From positions 4,331-68,330 of the forward strand of contig JAZBOQ010000241.1 of NCBI GenBank assembly GCA_036351195.1: a DNA stretch of 64,000 nt, read 5' to 3'. Source of the stretch: Thermoanaerobaculales bacterium (GTDB lineage: Bacteria > Acidobacteriota > Thermoanaerobaculia > Thermoanaerobaculales > Sulfomarinibacteraceae). Of this stretch, positions 38,014 to 45,354 are shown piece by piece. The stretch's first letter is position 1. Each line of letters opens with the position of its first letter. Made by a program: the position numbers and the translations under genes. The notes beneath the pieces were generated by a model, which saw nothing but the letters and a program-made list of their open reading frames with translations, did not search any database and had not been told where the DNA came from.

Positions 38014-38168
38014 GGTGGGCCAAGGCCCACCCTACCTGGCAGACCGGAATGCTGAAGCGGAGCGCGCCGGAGACTGCAGCGCCGTAGGGTGGGCGACCTC
38101 GCAGCCCGGAATGCGGAAGCGGAGCGCGTTGGAGACTGCAGCGCCGTAGGGTGGGCCTTGGCCCACCA
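38014..38168. repeat. Two tandem ~62-nt units bounded by GGTGGGCC..GGCCCACC palindromes (REP-like)
   Basis: Units 'c(c/a)g(a/c)ccggaatgc(t/g)gaagcggagcgcg(cc/tt)ggagactgcagcgccgtagggtgggc' lie at about 38036-38094 and 38098-38156. Palindromes 'ggtgggccaaggcccacc' and 'ggtgggccttggcccacc' flank them. Confidence 0.7.
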
Positions 38169-38206
38169 GATCGCCTCCCGGCTCCGAAAGGCAATCCGTG
38201 TTTACC

Positions 38207-38479
38207 TCACGCCCCCAGGGCCACTTCATCCACGACCCCGACGACGACGGCGCGGATGGGCGCCTCGGGATCCTCGAGAACCTGGCGGGCGCCATTTCCC
38301 TCATCGAGCACGAGGACGGTCTCGCCGGCGCCCGCATCGACGGTGTCCATGGCGATGACGTAGTTCCCGGTCTTCTCGCCGAGGAAGTCCAGGAGGTCCA
38401 CCAACAGCAGGCGGCGCCCGGCGACGATGGGCAGGTGGATGGTCGAAACGACGGTGCCGGCGACCTGACCGATCATCAT
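38207..38479 (-). CDS. BMC vertex pentamer protein (EutN/CcmL/PduN family), copy 3 in operon order
   Basis: 'MMIGQVAGTVVSTIHLPIVAGRRLLLVDLLD...VIAMDTVDAGAGETVLVLDEGNGAR....IRAVVVGVVDEV'. 90 aa. Confidence 0.85.
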   Translation of the reverse strand: MMIGQVAGTVVSTIHLPIVAGRRLLLVDLLDFLGEKTGNYVIAMDTVDAGAGETVLVLDEGNGARQVLEDPEAPIRAVVVGVVDEVALGA

Positions 38480-38751
38480 GACACCACCTCGTGCACGGCG
38501 TCGGCGATGCCGACGATGGCGTGATCCACCGGAACGAAGGTCTCGGGCAGAGTCAGCGCAGCCTCGCGGCTGGCCACGTAATAGACGAGCTCCCCCGGCC
38601 CCGCCATGCAAACGGCGTCCGCCGCCACCACCGCACCTCCTCGAGGCTCGAGCCGCCGGTCCAACGGTTGGATGATGAGCAACCGGGTGCCCTCGAGACC
38701 GTCCACGATCTCGGTGGCCACGACGGTGCCTTCGACCTTTGCGAGGTGCAT
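38476..38751 (-). CDS. BMC vertex pentamer protein (EutN/CcmL/PduN family), copy 2
   Basis: 'MHLAKVEGTVVATEIVDGLEGTRLLIIQPLD...VVAADAVCMAGPGELVYYVASREA...VDHAIVGIAD'. 91 aa. 4-nt overlaps with both neighbours. Confidence 0.85.
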   Translation of the reverse strand: MHLAKVEGTVVATEIVDGLEGTRLLIIQPLDRRLEPRGGAVVAADAVCMAGPGELVYYVASREAALTLPETFVPVDHAIVGIADAVHEVVS

Positions 38752-39353
38752 CAGGCACCCCCTTCCTTGATGCGGGTCCAGAACTCGGAAGCCGACTCCA
38801 GATTGGCGAACATCTCTTCGTGGAACTGCGGGATCACCACGCTGGCGATGAGTTTCTCTCCGGGAACGACGGCCTCCACCGCGAGCTCCACGGCGACCTC
38901 GACCTCGGCCAACGGGCCCGAGAGCACGCTGTAACCCTTGCCTCCGAGGTTGTCCGCCAGTCGGATCTCCACCAGGCTGACCTCCGCCCCCTTGAGGGCG
39001 CGGTCGACGGCCCCGACGGTGGCGGCCACGGTGCGGGTTTCCACCAGACCCAAGGCTTCCCCGGTGGGTCGGCCCCGGCGTCCGAGAATCGCTTCTTTCA
39101 CATCCGGGTGCGCCGCCGGGAGAAAGACGTCGTCCAACAAAGCCGACTGCCCCGCGTCGAGACCGGCCTCGTAGGACTCCTCGACGCAGGCCACATCGCC
39201 GCCCAGCAGCACCAGGTAGTGTCCGGGGTGGATGGTCCCGGAGCAAGCGGTCGCCACCGGGGCGCGCTTGACCATGGCGTCTCCGGCCATCACGCCGATC
39301 GCGATGGAGGAGTACTCGAGCAACGCCACGGCAGGCTGATGGATCAGGCTCAC
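38751..39353 (-). CDS. Tandem-domain BMC shell protein (BMC-T, PduT-like)
   Basis: Two BMC domains: 'AVALLEYSSIAIGVMAGDAMVKRAPV' and 'ALGLVETRTVAATVGAVDRALKGAEVSLVEI'. 200 aa. GTG start overlapping the aldehyde dehydrogenase stop (GTGA). Confidence 0.75.
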   Translation of the reverse strand: MSLIHQPAVALLEYSSIAIGVMAGDAMVKRAPVATACSGTIHPGHYLVLLGGDVACVEESYEAGLDAGQSALLDDVFLPAAHPDVKEAILGRRGRPTGEALGLVETRTVAATVGAVDRALKGAEVSLVEIRLADNLGGKGYSVLSGPLAEVEVAVELAVEAVVPGEKLIASVVIPQFHEEMFANLESASEFWTRIKEGGA

Positions 39354-40789
39354 ACGATCCTCAGACCACCGGCGATGGCCAGGCGTCGTTCGCGGGACAG
39401 GCTGCGCGGCCGGGTCAGGCCCTCACCGGTCGGGCTCGCGATGGAGAAAGAGGTGAAGCCCTCACCTCCGTCGCCGAGGCCGGCCAGGGTGGAGGCGTTG
39501 GCGACGAAGATGCTGACGTCGATCTCGCGCGCCATGCGGGTGATGGTGTCGACGTTTCTCGAGAAGATGGACGCCGTGTGGCAGCACCCGTGCTCGGCCT
39601 CGATGGCGAGGGAGATGGCGCGATCCACGTCGGGAACCCTCGCCACCGGCATCACCGGCATCATCTGCTCGGTCCACAGCAGGGAGTGCTTCACCGGAAC
39701 GTCGGCCACCACGAGCCGAATGTGGTCGACGTTGCGAACCCCGATCTCGGCCAGGATATCGCCCGCGTTCTGGCCGATGAGCTTGGGGTTCACCTTGCCG
39801 GGCGTCCCGTCGTGGGCGGCTTCTTTGAAGACCACCCGGTCGAGCTTGGCGAGCTCGTGCTCGGCGAGGACGTAGGCGCCGGCCGCGCGCATGGCGTCGA
39901 GCAGGGCGTCGGCCACCGACGCGACGACGAAGACCTCTTTCTCATCGGTGCAGATGAGGTTGTTGTCGAAGGAGGCGCCGCGAACGATTTCGCGCCCGGC
40001 GAGCTCGAGATCCGCGGTCTCGTCCACCACCACCGGCGGGTTGCCGGGGCCGGCGAGGATGGCGCGCTTGGTGGTCTTCTGGGCTTCGGCCACCACCCCC
40101 GGCCCCCCGGTGATCAAGAGAATCCGCACCCCGGGGTGGTGCATCAGCGCCTGGGCGCTGGCGATGGTCGGCTCGGCGACCCCGGCCACCAGGTTGGCGG
40201 GACCCCCGGCGTCGGTGACGGCGCCGTTGATGAGCCGGATGGTGTGGGCCGAGACCGCCTTGGCGTTGGGGTGGGCGTTGAAGACGACCCCGTTGCCGGC
40301 GGAGATCCCGGCGATGGTGTTGTTGATGATGGTGGCCGTGGGGTTGGTGGTCGGGGTGATGGCGCCGATGATGCCGAAGGGGGCGGGCTCGGTGAGGGTG
40401 AGGCCGCGATCACCGGTCCAGGTTTGGGGCTCCAGGTCCTCCGGACCCGGCGCCTTGTCGATGACGAGGCTGTTCTTCTTGATCTTGTCCTCGGTGCGGC
40501 CGAGGCCGGTCTCGCTGTGCGCCATTTCGCTGAGCTCGACCACGTGCTCGCGCATGACCTGCCGGATCCGGTCGACGATCCGGTGCCGGCCGTCGAGACC
40601 GCAGCTGCGGTAGGTCTCGAAAGCCTTGCGGCACGCCTCCACCGCCGAGTCCACGGTGGCGTGAATGCCGTCGGCGCCGGTGGCGGTCCCGACCTGCGGC
40701 GGCGCGGTCGGCGCGGCGTTCGTCGCACCCATCTTGTGCCTCACCCGCTCGATGATCGCGCGGACTTCGTCATCGTTGATGGTCTTCAT
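39350..40789 (-). CDS. CoA-acylating aldehyde dehydrogenase (PduP/EutE family) with N-terminal targeting-helix-like extension
   Basis: 'NPTATIINNTIAGISAGNGVVFNAHP', 'GGPGVV', and the catalytic-Cys region 'SFDNNLICTDEKEVF'. The N-terminus 'MKTINDDEVRAIIERVRHKM' is followed by the Ala/Pro-rich linker 'GATNAAPTAPPQVG'. Confidence 0.85.
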   Translation of the reverse strand: MKTINDDEVRAIIERVRHKMGATNAAPTAPPQVGTATGADGIHATVDSAVEACRKAFETYRSCGLDGRHRIVDRIRQVMREHVVELSEMAHSETGLGRTEDKIKKNSLVIDKAPGPEDLEPQTWTGDRGLTLTEPAPFGIIGAITPTTNPTATIINNTIAGISAGNGVVFNAHPNAKAVSAHTIRLINGAVTDAGGPANLVAGVAEPTIASAQALMHHPGVRILLITGGPGVVAEAQKTTKRAILAGPGNPPVVVDETADLELAGREIVRGASFDNNLICTDEKEVFVVASVADALLDAMRAAGAYVLAEHELAKLDRVVFKEAAHDGTPGKVNPKLIGQNAGDILAEIGVRNVDHIRLVVADVPVKHSLLWTEQMMPVMPVARVPDVDRAISLAIEAEHGCCHTASIFSRNVDTITRMAREIDVSIFVANASTLAGLGDGGEGFTSFSIASPTGEGLTRPRSLSRERRLAIAGGLRIV

Positions 40790-40802
40790 CAGCGTCTCCC
40801 GC

Positions 40803-40900
40803 GGTGCCAGGTCAGACGATTCAGACGGTTTTCAATGGTCCGTTTCGGCTTGCTGAATCGTTCCCGAAGGAAAACCGTCTGAATCGTCTGACCTGGCACC
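40803..40900. repeat. 98-nt hairpin element inside the BMC operon, copy 1
   Basis: 31-bp arms 'ggtgccaggtcagacgattcagacggttttc' (40803-40833) and 'gaaaaccgtctgaatcgtctgacctggcacc' (40870-40900), with a 36-nt loop. Fills the gap between the pentamer stop (40908) and the aldehyde dehydrogenase start (40789). Confidence 0.85.
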
Positions 40901-40907
40901 GTTCCGT

Positions 40908-41222
40908 TCAGCTCGCCCACTCGCCGTCCGCAGGCGTCTTGCGGTAGCGGACCTCGCCGCCCACCTCCCAGCTGTCCACGATGGCCATGACCACCGCGTC
41001 ACAGGGCCGGTCGGCGGTCATCTCGGTCTGCCGGGCCGACGATCCCGAGGCCCAGAGCACCACGTCCCCCTCGCCGGCCCCGACGCTGTCCACCGCGACC
41101 ACCTGGCCGTCGGCCTCCTCGCCGTGGAGATCGAGGCGCTGCACGAGCAGGAACTTCTGCCCGACGAGGCCCTCATCCTTGCGGCTGGCCACCAGCGTGC
41201 CGGCCACCTTGCCGAGGAGCAT
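40908..41222 (-). CDS. BMC vertex pentamer protein (EutN/CcmL/PduN family), copy 1
   Basis: '[31 protein letters not shown]...[24 protein letters not shown]....DAVVMAIVD'. 104 aa. Confidence 0.85.
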   Translation of the reverse strand: MLLGKVAGTLVASRKDEGLVGQKFLLVQRLDLHGEEADGQVVAVDSVGAGEGDVVLWASGSSARQTEMTADRPCDAVVMAIVDSWEVGGEVRYRKTPADGEWAS

Positions 41223-41527
41223 CAGCTCTTCCGCTTGGCCGACGTCGGCTCACCGCGGCCCAGGGGCAGCACCGAGTCGATGTTGCCGTGCGGGCGGGCG
41301 ATGACGTGGGTGGAGACAACTTCACCGATGTTCTGGGCGCCCCGAACACCGGCTTCCACCGCCGCCTTCACCGCCGCCACGTCACCCCGGACAACCGCCG
41401 TCACGTATCCGCCGCCAGTCTTTTCGTAGGACACCAGCTCAACTTTGGCCGCTTTGACCATGGCATCGGAGGCCTCGACCATTGCCGCGAACCCCCGCGT
41501 CTCGATCATTCCCAATGCTTCAGCCAT
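41222..41527 (-). CDS. BMC hexamer shell protein (BMC-H, PduA/EutM type)
   Basis: '[58 protein letters not shown]...[11 protein letters not shown]' is a canonical single BMC domain. Confidence 0.9.
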   Translation of the reverse strand: MAEALGMIETRGFAAMVEASDAMVKAAKVELVSYEKTGGGYVTAVVRGDVAAVKAAVEAGVRGAQNIGEVVSTHVIARPHGNIDSVLPLGRGEPTSAKRKS

Positions 41528-41552
41528 TTCCTGCTCCTTTCGTATCTCAGTT

Positions 41553-41650
41553 GGTGCCAGGTCAGACGATTCAGACGATTTTCGATGATTCGCATCAGTA
41601 TCTTGAAGCGCTCATGAAGGAAAATCGTCTGAATCGTCTGACCTGGCACC
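41553..41650. repeat. 98-nt hairpin element inside the BMC operon, copy 2
   Basis: Arms 'ggtgccaggtcagacgattcagacgattttc' (41553-41583) and 'gaaaatcgtctgaatcgtctgacctggcacc' (41620-41650). Differs from copy 1 by G>A in the 5' arm, with the matching C>T in the 3' arm. The loop sequence is unrelated. Confidence 0.85.
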
Positions 41651-41656
41651 AACCCA

Positions 41657-42280
41657 TCACTCTTCTCTTCCTGTTACCGCCTCGATCGCCTCGACAGCCG
41701 CCCGCCAACCAACATCGATGTCCTTCTCCTCCCCGCCGAGGTAGACCCGGCCCATGGAGCCGAAGGCGCGCACCTCGAGGATGTTGATCTCCGCCGCCTT
41801 CTCGGCCTCGTTAGCTGCCAAGGCCGCATAGGCCGCCGGCTCCACCTCCATCACGTACATGGTCTGGCCGGGGATGATCATGTGGCCGTGCCGCATGCGG
41901 TTGATGAGCTGGACCTGGTGGTCGTCGAGGTGGCGGATCACCTGCGACGAGAGGATCTTCGGCTTGCGCCGGTCGCCCTCGCTGATGCCGAGGTCGTCGA
42001 GGACCGCCTCGCCGGCGGCGCGGGTCTCAGCCTGGTCGTCGGAGTGGACCTCCAGCAGGCCGTAGTAGCGTTCGACGATCTGCATCCCCGGCCGCACCCG
42101 CGTCGATTTCAGAGCGATGTCTGTCAACCGGTTGATCTCGATCCCCGGCGAGATCTCGACGTAGAGGCAGGCATCTCCCGCCAGCGGTAGAAAGCCCTGC
42201 GCCGTGGTGCCCAAAAAAGCCCCGTACTGCGGCTGCAGGTTGTCGAGAAAGACATATGATCGAAGGTCAATACGATTCAC
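41657..42280 (-). CDS. Two-domain BMC shell protein (BMC-T-like, possibly permuted EutL/PduB type)
   Basis: 207 aa with two BMC-like segments: '...[22 protein letters not shown]..' and '[35 protein letters not shown]'. Operon context supports the call. GTG start. Domain subtype not resolved by eye. Confidence 0.6.
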   Translation of the reverse strand: MNRIDLRSYVFLDNLQPQYGAFLGTTAQGFLPLAGDACLYVEISPGIEINRLTDIALKSTRVRPGMQIVERYYGLLEVHSDDQAETRAAGEAVLDDLGISEGDRRKPKILSSQVIRHLDDHQVQLINRMRHGHMIIPGQTMYVMEVEPAAYAALAANEAEKAAEINILEVRAFGSMGRVYLGGEEKDIDVGWRAAVEAIEAVTGREE

Positions 42281-43097
42281 CGGAACCTCCTTCGTCGCCG
42301 GTTACGATTCTGATGCCCGCCGAGGCGCCGATGCGGTTGGCGCCGGCGGTGATCATGGCCCTGGCGTCGTCCGCCGAGCCGATGCCTCCCGCCGCCTTGA
42401 CGCCCATCTTCTCGCCGACGGTCTCGCGCATCAGCGCGACATCGAAAACCGTCGCGCCCCCCGGGCCGAAGCCGGTGGACGTCTTGACGAAATCGGCCCG
42501 GGCGAGCTGGGCCAGGCGGCAGGCGATCACCTTCTCCTCGTCCGTCAAATAGGCCGCCTCGATGATCACCTTGTTGAGGGCGCCCACCTCGCGGCAGGCG
42601 TCGGAGACGCCGGCGATGTCGCGTCGGACAAGGTCGTGATCACCACCCTTGAGGGCGCCGATGTTGATCACCATGTCGATCTCCCGGGCGCCGTCGCGGA
42701 TCGCTCTGCGGGCCTCCATGGCTTTGATCTCGGGCACGTTCGCCCCAAGGGGGAAGCCTACCACCGAGGCCACCTTGACCTTGGATCCCCGAACCCGCTG
42801 CGCCGCCCGCCGCACCCACACCGGGTTGATGCAGACGGCGGCGAAGTGGTACTGCATGGCCTCGTCGCAGAGCCGGTCGATCTGATCCGGCGGCACGTCG
42901 GGCTTGAGAACCGTGTGATCGATGTAGCGCTCCAAACCCGCCGGCACATCGGCACCGTTGCCGCTGTAACCGAGCCGCGCGGCGCCGTTGGCCACCGCCT
43001 CGCGGGCGTTGTCCAAGCCGAGATCCGCTCCACCCGCCGCCAGCACGGCGAGCACCTGCCGGGTCACCTCTTCGACGAGCTCCCTGCGTTGGTTCAT
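42267..43097 (-). CDS. deoC: Deoxyribose-phosphate aldolase with ~50-aa N-terminal extension
   Basis: 'IDHTVLKPD', '[10 protein letters not shown]', '[12 protein letters not shown]', '[12 protein letters not shown]', '[15 protein letters not shown]' (Schiff-base Lys), 'VKAAGGI'. The extension is '[27 protein letters not shown]..'. Confidence 0.9.
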   Translation of the reverse strand: MNQRRELVEEVTRQVLAVLAAGGADLGLDNAREAVANGAARLGYSGNGADVPAGLERYIDHTVLKPDVPPDQIDRLCDEAMQYHFAAVCINPVWVRRAAQRVRGSKVKVASVVGFPLGANVPEIKAMEARRAIRDGAREIDMVINIGALKGGDHDLVRRDIAGVSDACREVGALNKVIIEAAYLTDEEKVIACRLAQLARADFVKTSTGFGPGGATVFDVALMRETVGEKMGVKAAGGIGSADDARAMITAGANRIGASAGIRIVTGDEGGSGESY

Positions 43098-43642
43098 TCA
43101 CTCACTCCCACGCCGCCGGCGGCGTAGCGCTGCTCGACGGCGGTGATCTTCACCACCCGATCGGCATGTCGTCCGGGACCCCACGGAGTCGCCAACCACT
43201 CGTCCACGATCTGCCTCGCGAGACCGTCGCCGATGAGCCCGGCGCCCAGGGTCAGGACATTGGCGTGGTTGTGCTCACGGCTGTTGCGCGCCGACGAGAG
43301 GTCGTAACACAAAGCGGCGCGGACCCCGGGCACCTTGTTGGCCACCATGGCCGACCCGATGCCGGCGCCGTCGACGATGATCCCCACTTCGCAGCGCCCG
43401 GAGGCCACCTCTGTCGCCACGGCGTGGGCAAAGTCCGGGTAGTCCACCGACTCGGTGCTCGAGGTTCCGCAGTCGACCACCGACCGCCCCTGACCCCTCA
43501 GGTGATCCTTGAGCAGCTCCTTGAGCCGGAAACCGCCGTGATCGCAGCCCACCGCCACATCTCCCGACTCGGGCTCCCCACCCGCGAGAACCCGGTCCAC
43601 CACCTGGGACACGACCCGACGAATGTCCTGCTCTGTCGTCAT
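43094..43642 (-). CDS. rpiB: Ribose-5-phosphate isomerase B with N-terminal extension
   Basis: '[14 protein letters not shown]', '[22 protein letters not shown]', '[14 protein letters not shown]'. The extension is '[27 protein letters not shown]'. Start trimmed to ATG 43642 (AGGAGG upstream). Confidence 0.9.
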   Translation of the reverse strand: MTTEQDIRRVVSQVVDRVLAGGEPESGDVAVGCDHGGFRLKELLKDHLRGQGRSVVDCGTSSTESVDYPDFAHAVATEVASGRCEVGIIVDGAGIGSAMVANKVPGVRAALCYDLSSARNSREHNHANVLTLGAGLIGDGLARQIVDEWLATPWGPGRHADRVVKITAVEQRYAAGGVGVSE

Positions 43643-43655
43643 GCCCGCCTCCTCA

Positions 43656-44288
43656 TCACCACGCCTTCCAGTCTCTGATCTCTCTGCCGGCGGTTTCGGG
43701 CGGCGGCATTTCATCGGCTTCAACGCCACCCTGTTCGAGGCCTTCGACATACGCACTCAACTGACTCGAACATGTATCGACCGCCTCTGCACTCTGACTC
43801 GCGAGGGCGACGAGGGCGGCACCCTCGAGCGCCGCCACCACCAACTCGGCCACGCGATGGTTCGAGCCCACAAACCACGACGCGACGCGTTGAATCACCC
43901 CCTCGTAGATCTCGCCGACCCGTCGTCGAGCCTCGGCCTGCTCGACACCGAGTTCGTTGACAAGAGCCCCGAGGGGAAAACCGAAGTCCACGGCGTTCGG
44001 CACGGTGTGGGCCCGATAGACATCAGCCAAGGCCGACACCCGGGAAACCGGGTCGGAGCACGAGGTCTCGATCGCACCGAGCACCTCGGCCTCGACACGC
44101 CCCTCGACGGCATCGAGGACGGCCAGAAGGAGGTCGTCTTTGGTGGGAAAGAAGTGGTAGAAGCTTCCGCTGGTCGCTCGCGCCCGCCTCATGATCTCAC
44201 TCACCCCAGTCCGCGCGTAGCCCTGTCTCCAGAACAGCTCTCCGGCGGTTCGAATCAGGCGGTCTCGGGTGTGGGACTGACGGGCCAC
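43656..44288 (-). CDS. TetR-family transcriptional regulator (first gene of the BMC operon direction)
   Basis: HTH 'RDRLIRTAGELFWRQGYARTGVSEIMRRARATSGSFYHFFPTKDDLL'. GTG start at 44288. Confidence 0.85.
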   Translation of the reverse strand: MARQSHTRDRLIRTAGELFWRQGYARTGVSEIMRRARATSGSFYHFFPTKDDLLLAVLDAVEGRVEAEVLGAIETSCSDPVSRVSALADVYRAHTVPNAVDFGFPLGALVNELGVEQAEARRRVGEIYEGVIQRVASWFVGSNHRVAELVVAALEGAALVALASQSAEAVDTCSSQLSAYVEGLEQGGVEADEMPPPETAGREIRDWKAW

Positions 44289-44309
44289 GGTGATCGCATC
44301 CTTAAAAAG

Positions 44310-44321
44310 TAGAACGTTCTA
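44310..44321. promoter_or_regulatory. Perfect 12-bp palindrome, candidate TetR operator
   Basis: 'TAGAACGTTCTA' lies 22 nt upstream of the tetR start within the AT-rich stretch 44289-44434. A degenerate second site, 'atagaacaaacgatctac', follows about 50 nt further upstream. Confidence 0.5.
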
Positions 44322-44434
44322 TCTACTTCAAGATAATACACAGTTGAAACAGCGTCAAGGAAATAGAACAAACGATCTACAACGTGCAAGAGACACCGAC
44401 ACGTTCGCGAGCCGGCCGATACCTGTAAGAGAAG

Positions 44435-45349
44435 CTAGCTGAAAAAGCCAATCACGTACCGGACAGCGGTGGCAACGATGACCAGGCACAGCATCACCTT
44501 GATGGCTCGTGCGGGCACGAACTTCTGCAGCCGAGCACCGCAGTACATCCCCGCGGCGCCGCCGAGGCCGAAGAGCAGACCCAGGAGCCAGTCGGGCCCG
44601 ACGCCGATCAGGACCATGAAGACCACCCCGGCGACCGAGGTGACCAGGGTTCCCATGAGGGCGGCGCCGGCCACGGTGTAGATCGGCAGTCCGAAAACCG
44701 AGACGAAGAAGGGCGCCATGATGGCGCCGCCGCCGATGCCGTAGATCCCGCCGGCGACGCCGACGGCAAAGGCCAGAGCGGAGATGCCCGGGGTCGAGAA
44801 GCCGTAGCGCTCGCCGTAGAAGGAGTACTCGATGCGGCCGAGGCTGAACCGGAGCAGTCGGACCTTCGGCAGATCGCTCCCCTCCTCGCTTCGGGTGGTC
44901 ACGAGCTGCTGAAAACGCTCCTCAGCGGACGATCCCACCTTCGCCTTCGACCGGCTCGAGATCAGCTCCCGCAGCATCCGGAATCCGATGTAGAGCAGCA
45001 CAGCGGCGGCGAAGAGCTTGAAACGTGCCGGATCCGGCAGGTATCGCACCCGGACCACAGCCCCGATGAAGACCCCCGGCAGGGTGGCGATGACGACCAC
45101 CCAGGTCAGAGGCCAGACCATTCGCCCTTCACGGATGTAGCGCCACACCCCGGACGGGATGGCGACGACGTTGAAGAGGTGGTTGGTGGCGCTCACCGAC
45201 GGCGCGGTGTAGCCGAGAAGGCTCATCTGGAACGGCAGCAGCAAAAAGGCGCCGGAGACCCCGCCCATGGAGGTGAAGAACGAGATGACGAAGGCTGCCA
45301 GCGGCGGCACCCACGGCGCGACCGTGACCCCGGAAATCGAAAACTCCAC
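44435..45349 (-). CDS. TSUP (TauE/SafE, DUF81) family anion exporter
   Basis: 304 aa with 8 or more TM helices in two halves and Gly-rich motifs 'GGVSGAFLLLP' and 'AGGIYGIGGGAIMAPFF'. Starts 6 nt after the cytochrome gene stop. Confidence 0.8.
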   Translation of the reverse strand: MEFSISGVTVAPWVPPLAAFVISFFTSMGGVSGAFLLLPFQMSLLGYTAPSVSATNHLFNVVAIPSGVWRYIREGRMVWPLTWVVVIATLPGVFIGAVVRVRYLPDPARFKLFAAAVLLYIGFRMLRELISSRSKAKVGSSAEERFQQLVTTRSEEGSDLPKVRLLRFSLGRIEYSFYGERYGFSTPGISALAFAVGVAGGIYGIGGGAIMAPFFVSVFGLPIYTVAGAALMGTLVTSVAGVVFMVLIGVGPDWLLGLLFGLGGAAGMYCGARLQKFVPARAIKVMLCLVIVATAVRYVIGFFS

Positions 45350-45354
45350 TCCCC

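Noticed and set aside
40803-41650. Repeated hairpins and other intergenic repeats as a CRISPR array.
   Set aside because: There are only two copies, about 750 bp apart, separated by genes. The repeats are 98 nt long palindromes. There is no regular repeat-spacer periodicity and no cas genes.
43643-43756. Longer N-terminal extensions offered by the ORF track for rpiB (to 43756), cytochrome-TPR (to 47847), membrane protein (to 7998), PlpD (from 55314), hybrid kinase (from 57608), SpoU (to 3553) and M1 peptidase (to 9940).
   Set aside because: The extensions overlap the preceding gene or are Arg/Pro-rich junk. Internal ATG/GTG starts with SD sequences or stop-start overlaps fit the operon structure better.
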